From positions 1,302,001-1,366,000 of the forward strand of contig OZ287077.1 of the NCBI GenBank assembly GCA_965645245.1: 64,000 nucleotides of DNA. Direction: 5' to 3'. Below the pieces are notes generated by a model, which worked only from the letters and a program-made list of their open reading frames with translations, was not told the DNA's origin and did no database searches. This stretch comes from Massalongia carnosa (Eukaryota). Positions within the stretch are counted from its first letter, which is position 1. Each line of letters begins with the position of its first letter. The position numbers were made by a program, and so were the translations under genes. Of the stretch, positions 24,556 to 36,260 are shown piece after piece.

Positions 24556-25611
24556 ACCATCGGTCCTCCTCCTTCTACACCATCGGTCCTCACCACGGAG
24601 ACGCCAAAGGCCTCACCGTGGGGCGACCGTCAAACATAGATTTGCTCCTATCTCTTCGCATCAAAACAATGCTAATTTAACGCGTTCACACGCGTCGCAG
24701 ACGTACGTACGGAAGAGGATACGAAGGCCAACCGCCGGGGGGTAGAATGCGCGCGTCCCTGCACCATGCTTCTAAGGGTTCAAGTCCCTTCATGCAGTCA
24801 TCAGCTGGAAGAAGATGTGGACCAAAGGAGCCGCATCATCCCCCACCCGGGCACAGTCGACACGCGTTCTAGCTCCTGAGAGTTCAAGTCTCCCCATGCA
24901 GTCATCAGCTGGGATCAACAGAACGCGTAAAGGCACCGGGGCGAATGCTGTCACCTCAAGAAAACTCCATCTCGGAGCAGAATAACAATATCCCATTTAA
25001 TAGGCCCGGCCTGTTAAATAAAATCGAGGAAAACAAAGTCACAAAACACATAGTCATCAATCACACGTTGTACAAAGCACACAGTCACAAAGCACACAGT
25101 CACAAACATACAGTCACAAACACACAGTCACAAAAAACACAGTCACAAAAAACACAGTCACAAACCAATAACACGTCCCTGTGAAGGGGGTTCTGCGGGG
25201 GCTCGTTAAGACAGATCTGCACCCCGTTAATATCGGAGTACATATTTTTAGAGGTTCAAGTCCTTTCTAGCAGTCATCAGCTGAAAATAATGTATTTTGA
25301 CACGGGCATGGTGTGGATTTGACACGGGTAGACCTCGATGGATCACAAAACGAATGAAAAGAGTTCAGCGGAACTTCGTTAATATTGTTCTCGAAGACCT
25401 CGTTAATAAGATTTTCATAGACCTCGTTAACAACGTTCGGTCATACTCTTAAAGGTTCAAGTCCTTTCATGCAGTCATCGGCTGAGAGCTAAAGACGTAC
25501 GACACGGGTCAGCTATGTCTATCACACGGGTCTCCTTCGTCTACAACACGGAGCCCTCCGGCTGAAAGAAATAAAACATATAGACACATAGTGTAGGGTC
25601 ACACCCTACAC
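24556..25611 (+). repeat. Unclassified non-coding dispersed element (copy X1) with four T-loop/B-box hairpin modules and a CACAGTCACAAA minisatellite
   Basis: 24556-25291 is homologous in inverse orientation to 56375-56743 plus 63300-63612. Right boundary uncertain. Confidence 0.75.
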
Positions 25612-26307
25612 GATACAAGGGATTTGGGTTATGAAAACCATCCGATTGATGGCTACCGTGAGCAACACGGCCCGAACCGGAGTCGTACCGGGGATGGTGG
25701 AGGCAACCTAGTCATCAAATAGGACACCCTTGGGACAAGAAGAGGGCAATATACGAGGAACCCGTTAATTGATAACAGTCTAGGCCCTGAGCTAATAGAC
25801 GAATTTCAAACGAGCACCCCTCCGAGTTGTCCTCGACTTGTTTTGGTTAGTAGGGACGGAAAATCGATACTATACTGCCTGGTCAGGAGCATAGCTGTCG
25901 AAATCCCTGCGAGACATGGTCGGTTCATAAACGGGAGACCTTTATGAATAACGCGAAGTGGGCGTAAAAAACCCGTGAGGCGTGGTATGCAATGGCGGCC
26001 ACCGTACGGAGACCGTCTGCATAGCCCGAGAGGACAGTATGCGCATGTCGGTGTATATAGAGCAGGGAATGTCTATCTCGCTCGTAACGAGACCCCGTCG
26101 GTTCGCCGGCGCATGGGCTACGGCTAGACTCGCCCTTGATATATGCTTAAGGAGTAAACTGGGTTTGACCTGGGCGAAAGGGACGTCGTTCACCCCAATC
26201 GTAGAATTCATCAATAGTCTTGGGCCGTAAAACGCACCAGTGAGATGAACGAAAACTGGGATAGAGACTTCACGAAGGAGATGTCAACTCTATTTTATCA
26301 TTCTTAG

Positions 26308-29300
26308 CCTGGTTGACTTTTCTAGAAAATGCAGCGAATAAAGACGTGTTTACCGCGTATAAATATACTAAACCGCGCATATTCGAAAAAATACCGCCGA
26401 TTCTACATGAAAACAAGCTAAATGTTCAGTTTGATGACAAATGCGATGCATTTGTGTCAGCAATGTATACAAAAAACCCATTTATTGACGATAATGAGGA
26501 AGATTTATCAAATCAAGACAGCGTAAATGATGATAATTGGCCAGATTTGACCGAAAACGAGTTGAAAAATGCGATTAGTTTATTTAATCCGAAGAAAGCA
26601 TGTGGACCTGATGCAATCAATTTTACAATTGTTCAAAAATCGTTTCAATCGTTGAAAAACGTGTTTTTCATGATTTATTCGAAATTCATTCGAATCGGTT
26701 ATCACCCGTTATGCTGGCGGACAGGACTCGGTGCAGTTCTGAAAAAACCTAATAAATCGGACTATTCGTTTCCAAAATCATATCGAATTATCACATTATT
26801 AAATTGTCTTGGTAAAATTGCTGAGAAAATCGTTGCAAATCGACTAGCCTACTTCGGCGAAAATTCGAATTTACTCGATATCGAACAGATGGGCGGACGC
26901 AAAAATCATTCTGCAATTGACGCAGTAATGAACGTTGTTCATGATATTGAAATTGCAAATAGAAATAAAAACGTCTTATCATGTTTATTACTCGATGTCA
27001 AAGGCGCATTTGACTTTGTCTCGATTAATCAACTGCTAAATGTTATGAAAAAGCTGAAATTATCTCGCATAATAATTCAATGGGTCAAGCATTTCATGAC
27101 AAAGCGATCGATCAATTTGATATTTGATGAAAATTTAAGCAAAACATATTATGTCGAATCAGGAATTCCACAAGGCTCACCAATCTCGCCTATTCTATTT
27201 CTGATTTACATTCGTCACTTGTTTCCGAAAATACGAATGAAATTCAATGCACATTCTCCCAGTTTTATTGACGATGTTGCAATATATGTCGAAAATAAAA
27301 CTGCAAAACAGAATTGCAAAGAAATCGAAATCATAGTCAAAACGGCCTTTGATTGGGCCGCATCGAATAATGTCAAATTTGATGACGATAAATCCGAGCT
27401 GATTCACTTCGAAAAGACAAGAAATGTATCGAAAGACACATTGGAATTACCAAACGGGACAGTACTAGAACCGAAAAATGTAGTCAAATGGTTGGGCGTC
27501 TGGTTAGACCGAAAACTAAATTTCAAAAAACACGTCGAAACGCGGATCTCTTCTGCGAATCGATCGTTTTTTGCAATTCAGAATTTGATGAAATCCGAAT
27601 GGGGTCTGAAACCGACCGCATGCAGACAGCTCTATATGTCATGCATTATTCCTATTTCGGACTACGGCTCAGAAATTTGGTATAATGGTCAAAAGAAATA
27701 TGAAAAACTATTTCAGAACCTACAAAATCAAATGATTCGAAAGATTTTAGGAACTTTCAAAACCACACCTATTCAGGCGATGGAAATTGAATCACATGTT
27801 TTACCAGTTAAACTTCGATTATTAATGAAAAATCAAAAATACGCAATTCGATTATTGAAGATTGCCGAAAATAACCCTATTTGTCAAAGAATTCCAAACA
27901 CATATTCGATAAAATTCGAAAATATCGGTTTTGACACAAGTTTATGGAACAACAAATATGCCGAATGGAACGAAGACGAAAAACAAACAAATAAACGTCA
28001 TCCTAGTCAGCTTATTCGCGTTCTTCATTCCGTTTCCGATATAGTTCACAAAACTGATGAATTTGAACAATCAAATCATTTTATTAAACCTTGGAAATCG
28101 CCTTGCAAAATCAAATTTCAAATCGAAAATACAAAGGAATCTGCTAAATCAAGTTATTATTCGACCTTATCCAAAATTAAATCAATGAACTCCGATAAAT
28201 CCCGAGTTTTACTTTATACAGATGGATCGAAAATCGAATTTGCAACGTCTGCAGTCACATTTGCGCCAATTATGAGGAATTGGAGTAGTATTATCAATAA
28301 TTTTGATCGATTTATCGAAAAAGATTGTCTGATCAAGTATCATACGATTTCGAAAAGCTGGAAATTAAGCAAACAGTCAAGCATTAAAAATGCTGAACTG
28401 CATGCAATTTTACAAGCAATGAAATGGGTCTATAAATTGTCTAATACTAATATTTTATCGAACTTGGAAAAAACGATTTGGATTTTTTCTGATAGTATAA
28501 ACGCGATAAACGAAATTCAGAACTTGAAAAATCATATTTTCGCAAGACAAATTCGAAAGCTCGCAAAACGCTTATTTGAAAGCAATTATCAGGTGATTTT
28601 GCAATGGGTTCCGAGTCATTCGAATATTACCGAAAACGAAATTGCAGACAAAATAGCAAAGACGGGCCATAATCAAATCCTAGTCGAGTCCTCGGCTATA
28701 ACATTTGATTATGTAAAAGATCAAATAAATCAAAATATGCTAACCACATGGACGAATCAATGGCAACAATGCAAATCAAAAGGCAAATACTACGAGAAAT
28801 TCGAAATGAAACCTGGCATATCGAGATTTTATTATTTATCAAACAACTGTTCCAAATTGATATTTGCTACTATTATGCAATTAAAATTCGGACACGGCTA
28901 TTTTCGATCATATTTACATCGATTGAAAGATTATAATTCGTCAAAATGCTCAAATCGATGCAATCAACGACAAACGCCAGAACACTTGTTATTGAATTGC
29001 ATTCACTATTTCGATGAAATTCAAAACATGAAACAAACCATCGATACTACGATCAACTTGAATATGTTGTTTAATACAAAAATCGGAAATGACATTTTGA
29101 TTAAATTCATTGTCAATAACAAAATCGCGACTAGAAAATGGATACTAGGTCAGCTTGATGACGAGATTTTCGAAACTGGAGGTTGGGGAGAGATCGAACA
29201 GTAAAATCAGAAACGATTTATGCTGAAACATTCACGAACTTACAAAGACAAATTTTAAAATCGATATTCTTCGATTACTATAGGTTGTTACTAACACGGA

Positions 29301-29443
29301 GTAAAAATGGGGAAAAATTGACAATACATAGATGGGTTATAAAGGGTTGATTTATTTGTAATATAGAAACATATCCTAAAATAGTTTAGTGTCATAACCT
29401 TAGGTTGAATACACTTAATGAATAAATAAAAAAAAAAAAAAAA
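26308..29443 (+). mobile_element. LINE-A copy A5: 5'-truncated, open RT-RNase H frame (26313-29204)
   Basis: Near-identical to A1/A3, with 3' UTR and poly(A). Confidence 0.95.
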
Positions 29444-29762
29444 ACAAAATCGCGACTAAAAAATGGATACTAGGTCAGCTTGATGACGAGATTTTCGAAA
29501 CTGGAGGTTGGGGAGAGATCGAACAGTAAAATCAGATACGATTTATGCTGAAACATTCACGAACTTATAAAGACAAATTTTAAAATCGATATTCTTCGAT
29601 TACTATAGGTTGTTACTAACACGGAGTAAAAATGGGGAAAAATTGACAATAAATAGATGGGTTATAAAGGGTTGATTTATTTGTAATATAGAAACATATC
29701 CTAAAATAGTTTAGTGTCATAACCTTAGGTTGAATACACTTAATGAATAAATAAATAAAAAT
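29444..29762 (+). mobile_element. Extra LINE-A 3'-end fragment in tandem with A5
   Basis: Repeats ~29118-29430, ending aatgaataaataaataaaa. Confidence 0.93.
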
Positions 29763-32700
29763 ACGTGACAGTCAGGGGGAGGAAGAAAGACACTCTACAG
29801 CTAGCGAAAACTGTGTCAGTAGATTAGTCCGCATAAGCCAGCGAGCGGAGGCTCGTAAGCCCTTTTCGGTGGTCAGAAGGCGGCGATAATCCTTCGTTCC
29901 GGCGTCTCTGCACATGTTGCTTCGGCCGTTAACAAACCTGGGACAGCTGAGTAGCACATACTTGAGCGTCTGGCGTACCCATCCATAGCTTCACGCCGGC
30001 GAAGCGAACGTGGGAACTCGACGAGAGAAGCGATAATCCGCCAAGCCAATACGCTCAGTACGTATTTGAATGATGAGGCTGCTTTCGGATTTGCTGAAGT
30101 TCTTATGTAATCCCAGTCTCTTTATCGAAAGACCCTCAGTAAGCGCAGCGTAGGGATAACGTTGATAAGCCGCCTGATACGCGCTCCAGGTCTGTTTCCA
30201 CTGATTGTTGAAGATCTTGGCTAGCCCTCTGTCCGTCGGAGTGTTCTCTATCATGTCAGCAGGCCGGACTCGAGCAATCTGCCTCGTATACCAGTCACGC
30301 TTACGCTGAGCCGGCGTAGCGTTGAGGGCGCGCCGTCGTCTACCGCGCGAGGCAGTCAGCTTGCGCTTGATCGTCTCACAGAAAGCGGAGATGCGTTAAT
30401 CGTGTTCATGTTCTTTAAGACGTCGTCGTGCCTTCGCCTGCAAGTGAGCTAGATGTAGCTGAATTGGAGAAACGTGAGTTTCGGCTTCGATGATGATTTG
30501 CGGAGTAGCGCGAAATCCTCCGCTTATCACTCGCAGACACTCTCGCTGTATGTCACCGAGCTATTTTTCGATCCTCTGCGTGCCGTCGGGACGGCCGTAT
30601 GGTGAATGCCAGACGGTAGAGCCAAAGGTAATCGCCGGTCGCACGACGGCGCTATATACGTGTCTCGCCTTCGTAAAGCACGCTCCCCACGTAGAAGCCG
30701 TAAGCCTAGATAATGCCAAGGTCTCTGTAGCTATTTTCCCCTGTATGAACTTTAGATGAGGGTCCCATTTAAGCTTGGAGTCGATCTGAATTCCAAGCAC
30801 TCGTACCGACGGCGAAGGCGTCTTGTCTACGCCTCCTATGCACACGGCAGCCGTCATGTCGAAGCGACGATCATTTCTGGCGAGATGTAGGAGCTCGTAT
30901 TTAGCAGGCGCGAAGTGCGCTCTATGACGTCTAGCCCACAGCTCGCACATCTCATGAGCACGTTCTAAAGCTCGACAGTTACTCGCAGTCGAGGTGCCGT
31001 ATGCCAATATATTGATGTCGTCAATAAACCCCAACGCGGTGACTTTGAGTCGAAATCGCTCTAGCTCCTCCAAAATATCTGCGTTGTAAAAAATGTAGAG
31101 AATAGGCGACACTGGCGACCCCTGCGGTATACCGGCATGAACAAGGCGCATCGAAGACGTCTGACCGCCGATTGTCAGTGTGGACCTTCTTTGCTGTAAA
31201 AAGCTGCCGACCCATGCTACGATCCATTCAGGAATTTTTCTCTTGCGCAGATTGTGCAGCATTCTCTCCGCCGAGACGTGATCAAAGGCACCGGCCACAT
31301 CAATGCTCAAAAGCTTGGCCACATTGTCTGACCCAATGTTCCACACCGTGTGTACCTGTTCGGTAAGGAGTTTAAGCGCCGTTTCACAGGATCTTTGTCG
31401 TCGTCCTCCCATCTGAGACTCAGGAAGCAGATTGTGGGTCTCCGCAATAGCGGTGATGCGTTTAGTTATGATCGATTCCAAGACCTTCCTAAGCGTATTC
31501 AGAAGCTCGATAGGTCTATAGGCCTTAGCGAGAGTGTAGTTCGGCTTGTTCGGCTTCTTGATTGCAATAGTGTGAGCCTCGCGAAAGCAGAGTGGGTGAT
31601 ACCCCTGCTCTGCGCAGGCGCGAAACAGAAGGACCAACGTGGGCAGTATCGACTTGATCAGAAGCTTGAGTATTCTATTCGGTATTCCGTCGGGGCCCGG
31701 AGCAGAGTCCGGCTTACAACGCTTGATTACTGCCTCTATATCCTCGCCTGTGATAAGAGACTCCGTTTCTGCGACAGCGGGAGGGTAGCGATACGTCGTC
31801 GTGTCGCTGAGGTCTGCCGCGTTTGCATTGGGGAAGAACATGTCAGAGAGAAGAGACGTCTTTTCGTCGAATGTGGACGCAGTAACTGCTGTGCCGTCCG
31901 AAAGCGTGTGAGTCAGATCTGGCACCTTGGGAATGTCTCGCGGTAAGTGACTGCGCGTACGAGCCCATCGAGCAAGACTCCATATGCCTTCGGACGCAGA
32001 CGTCATCTCTGCTAAGGTTCTTCTGAAGCCGAGCTTCTTCTCCTTGGTGATGATCTTCTTCTTTTTATCCGCCGATTTGAGATACCTGCGCCATGTCGCC
32101 TCTGTCTTCCACCTCGTCCACTCGCTTCTTCGACGTCGAGTCTCCGCCACAGCGACAGCGCAACGCTCGTTCCAGAAGGGTTTGGAGACGGGGCAGGGAG
32201 CCGTCCAGGGAATGGTCTCATTTATCACGTCAATAATGGCGGACTATAGTCGATTCGCTAAGTCGTCTATGGCTTGCGGGGTACGCAGCCACTCCGTGAC
32301 TACAGGTAGACGAAGACTTTTCGCCAGATTTTCTTCGTCGGCTCGCTTCCATACTCTCTTGTGACGTTTCACGCTCAGCTCCACCTCTAGCGTCAGCTTG
32401 GTAGAGACGGGTATGTGATCGGACGATTGGTTCATCTCCGGACGGGTGTGACAGTGCAGCAGACTGTGTCTCAGGGAGTCGGTCATGAACACTAGGTCTA
32501 TCGTGCTCGTGGATCTGCGTGCCTCCCAAGTGACAGAGCCACTAGGTAGAGTGAGCTGCATAGACGCCGCACGAACGACGTCGAGAAGCTGGTTGGCCGC
32601 TTGATGTTGTGTAGGCCTGGAGGGGCCACTCCACAGAGGGGGATGCAGATTAAAGTCTCCCAGCAAGATGTGTTCCTCTTTATCCCGCTCATGAATCTTT

Positions 32701-34019
32701 CGTCTCACCGCCTCCACGCTTTCGAGTAGCTGGCGAAGAGAATGCGAGTCGGGTGATTGACTGTAGACGTTATATATATTGATGTATCGTGGCTTATTAC
32801 TCGCAGATATTCTTAGTCTCATTATGCACACGTCCGGCGTAAGGAAGTCCACAGCCCAAGAATTGACATCCAATCTTTTATTAATATAGAAACACGCACC
32901 TATATTCTCATTCGACATAAACGCAAGATGAAAGCCGGAATTGAACGAATTTTACGACGTGCAAACGGTGGGGTTGCGCCATGGTTCCTGAATAGCTAAG
33001 ACGTCATACTCCTCTATTCTCTTGTCCGCCAGTAGAGGGGTCATGACCCCGTTCTTGCTCTTTCTGATGTTATACTGTAATATTGAAAGAGATGTTTGTC
33101 CTGCCATTACTGGGTATTTCGGGAGACTTTGCCGCTGATTCTGTAAAGCGGCGGGCGGCCGCGCTTCGGCTTGGGCTGTGGCTGCATCTGCGAATGCGCC
33201 TTCGGCGCCGGAGGAGGCAAAAGGTAACGAAGGTGTGTAAAGGCGCTGTCAGGCCTATGAGAAGACGAGACCGGCTGTGAGTCAGGTACAACCGACACGC
33301 TGGCTCTGCGCCTAGTAGGAGATGGCGAGGAGCCTTCTCCAGGTCCCTGCGAGTATGCCCTCTTGCCATGTGTAGAGGGGAGAGCCGGAAAGCTGTTGGT
33401 GACTGTATTAATGTCGAGGTTCATAATCGTGGAGCCGTCCTGAGTAAACTCGTTCGGCTCCTCGGGCTCGGGGGTTGGCGAGCGGCTTCGATCACGCACT
33501 GCCTGATGACGTGTTGGCGCAGGTGTATGAGACGTCGGGTCGCCGGCGTTATTGCGTCGTTCTACTGTCTGACTTTGTCGAGGAAGGACAACCGCCTCCG
33601 TCTCGACATGCCACGTTGGTCGGTTTTTCCAGATGCCATTCAGGCGCTCCTTCTCCTCTTTTCGGACGGGGCAGAGGTGAGAGCACGCCAGATGATTCCC
33701 GCCGCACATGGCGCACTTGCGTCGATCCGCAGGCGCTTTGCATGCTTGCGAGCGATGTCCTTGAGCGCAGCCTGCGCATCGAAGGGCGTTCTTGCATGCG
33801 GTGCCCGTATGTCCGTACTTCTGGCAGTGAAAGCACTATTTTAGATGACAGTTCTTATCGAAGTACTCACATATTCTATGCGAGTAATCCTACAAAGACC
33901 CTCTTTAATCAGTCTCTTTGCCGTCTCTGCGGTGGCTACTTCAACTATTAGCGAGGAGTGAATCTTGGCTTCTGAAACTGCCCTTTTTGTCCATGCAATG
34001 CGGCAGATCTGCAGTCCCG

Positions 34020-34307
34020 TGTCAGGTCACACACGTCCTGACATAAGCGAATCGGTAGTTATAACCGATCTCCGATCTCTGACTAGGACACGGCTTGTGT
34101 TCGTAATCTTCTTTTCATTGTACCAATCATAATCACTGTAATTAAATCAACGGACTGGTGACCCTAAGAAGTGGGGCTATAGGATAAAGACCTGATCGCC
34201 CACTTCTTTCGAGGGGTCACTGATCAATTTATTGATTTACCACTCTCTATTCGTACATTCATCACGAATCCATATAGTAGTCACGCTGTTAGACTTGACC
34301 CCTTACA
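34020..34307. mobile_element. Solo LTR (288 bp) in LINE-C ORF1
   Basis: TGTCAGG..CCTTACA termini, TSD TCCCG. Confidence 0.9.
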
Positions 34308-34801
34308 TCCCGGATGAAGCTGCTCATTCTGTTTCTCTCTACTCTTGATGGTAGCTTGTGCGTTAACTATGTCGACGTTGTCTACGCGCACCCTATGCGC
34401 TAACATAGCGAGTTTGCGTCGCACTATATACGCTGAGTCCGCAAGCCCTTTATGTAGCTGTTTATCCATCTCTATTCTAGCCTTAGCTTCTATCGTGCAC
34501 GCCAGCAGCTCCAAGTCGCCGCTTGGGAGGCGTCGCACCGCCAGTACATCGCCGGTCTTCTCCTCGATAGTCTTGATTCTGTCCATAAGTGCCTTGTTCG
34601 ACAAGGCTTTGATTCCGACTTTCTCTGCGTAGTTCCTGAACTTGATCAGAACGGACTTTCTTCTCTTTATCTCCTCCAGCTGTCGTTGCTGCTCTATTAC
34701 GGAGTTGTGCGTCGCCGTCGTGTTGCTGTCGTTTCTGCTACTTCCCGCGGACGCTACCGCGGCGTAGCTCTTGACTGCTGCCGTCGTCTTGGTCGTGTTC
34801 G

Positions 34802-35339
34802 TGTCAGGGCATAGAAGGAATAAGGGCTAAGCTAACTAAGCGGGGCTTAGTTCTACGGCTAGGCTTAGTCATATGGAAAGCAGTTGGTCTACGTTACGCG
34901 GCTGTTATCTACTGCCGAGAGTATAGTACGAGCGATCGAGATATACGAGGATGCTCGTACGATTAGTGAGCGGATGGTACGATACAGTCAGCACAGTGTC
35001 CACGATACAGTCAGCACAGTGTCTACGATACAGTCAGCACAGTGTCTACGATACAGTCAGCACAGTGTCCACGATGCAGTCAGCAGAGTGTTTAGCCGGC
35101 TTATCCGGTAGGAGTAATGGGCGGTCAAGATAGTTACAGTATCAAGGGCCCAGAGGGTCAAGGGCTTCGGTCCGGGTATATAAGGAGGCTGCTCGAGGGA
35201 GATGTAATCTTCAACGATTAGTCTTCCGCTTTACCTACATACTTCTTTTAGTATATTAGTATAGCAAATCATTAGTGTCTTCACATTGTCACATATCCCT
35301 AGGCCTGGTGTCTGATAATCGCCAGGTCTGACTCTTACA
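34802..35339. mobile_element. Solo LTR (538 bp) in LINE-C ORF1, with a 23-bp minisatellite at ~34979-35090
   Basis: TGTCAG..CTTACA termini, TSD GTTCG, repeat unit acgatacagtcagcacagtgtc(c/t), TATATAA at ~35177. Confidence 0.92.
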
Positions 35340-35741
35340 GTTCGCTTCTATGCACGTTAATTGCTGTGAATCAGCTGAATATCATTGCGTAGCTCGCTCT
35401 CCGGAAGCGTGAGAAAGTGAATCAACTCCTTTGCTTCTTGTAGCAGTGTCAAGATCTCTGATCCCTTAATTATCTCTCTGGATTTGTCGCGTAGCTGTTT
35501 TTCAATGTCAGCTATTGCGCGTACTGCTCGGCTCGTAAGGTTTGCGCTGCTTTTCTTCTCTTGAAGTGCCCGCGCAGCGATGTCGCCACGCCGCCTACTC
35601 GGCGTCGACATAACGTCGGTACGCGTTACAAGGGAAGACGTGTTAAGAGAATAGATAGATGTGAGAGTCAAATCAATAATAGTAGCCTAGATTGTGGTTG
35701 TCGATTGTTATTCAAATAACCCTTAAACCGATATTGTAGGT

Positions 35742-36260
35742 TCGATTAAAGATTATAATTCGTCAAAATGCACAAATCGATGCAATCAACGACAAACGCC
35801 AGAACACTTGTTATCGAATTGCATTTACTATTTAGATGAAATTCAAAACATGAAACTTAATTTCGATACTACGATGAACTTGAATATGTTGTTTAAAACA
35901 AAAATCGGAAATGAAATTTTAATTAAATTTATTGTCAATAACAAAATCGCGACTAGAAAATGGATACTAGGACAGCTTGATGACGAAATTGTCGAAACTG
36001 GAGGTTGGGGAGAGATCGAACAGTAAAATCAGAAATGATTTATGCTGAAATATTTACGAACTTATAAAGACAAATCGTAAAATCGATAATTTTTCGATTA
36101 CTAAAGGTTGTTACTAATACGGAGTAAAAACGGGGAAAAATTGACGATACATAGATGGGTTATAAAGGGTTGATTTATTTGTATTATAGAAACATATCCT
36201 AAAATAGCTTAGTGTCATAACCTTAGGTTGAATACACTAAATAAATAAATAAAATAAAAA
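35742..36260 (+). mobile_element. LINE-A copy A6, short 5'-truncated
   Basis: ORF2 C-terminus ETGGWGEIEQ, 3' UTR and A-rich tail. Confidence 0.93.

Larger units (their letters stand above)
29772..35740 (-). mobile_element. LINE-C: GC-richer Tad1-like LINE without RNase H, degenerate. ORF1 ~35611-33107, ORF2 33107-29772, 3' UTR missing.
   Basis: IQEPW, GDFNLH, SSDH, PGPDG, DVAGAFD, GIPQGSPVSP, FIDD motifs; TAATG junction; stops and frameshifts. Confidence 0.9.

Noticed and set aside
24720..24810. tRNA gene
   Set aside because: Only a T-arm-like hairpin; no acceptor 5' strand, D-arm/A-box or anticodon arm found
24945..25184. ORF with HSHKAHSHK/QSQKT repeats
   Set aside because: Translation of a CACAGTCACAAA minisatellite; the frame is not evidently preserved in copy X2
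24776..25484. Hammerhead ribozyme (CTGATGA on the minus strand of each module)
   Set aside because: GAAA is absent in two modules (GAAG, GGGG), one module has CCGATGA, and stems I and II do not form consistently
24770..25490. CRISPR-like array
   Set aside because: Irregular spacing (~100, 370, 200 bp), no cas genes, eukaryotic transposon context
34979..35090. 23-bp repeats as a spacer array or repeat protein
   Set aside because: Head-to-tail minisatellite without spacers inside a solo LTR
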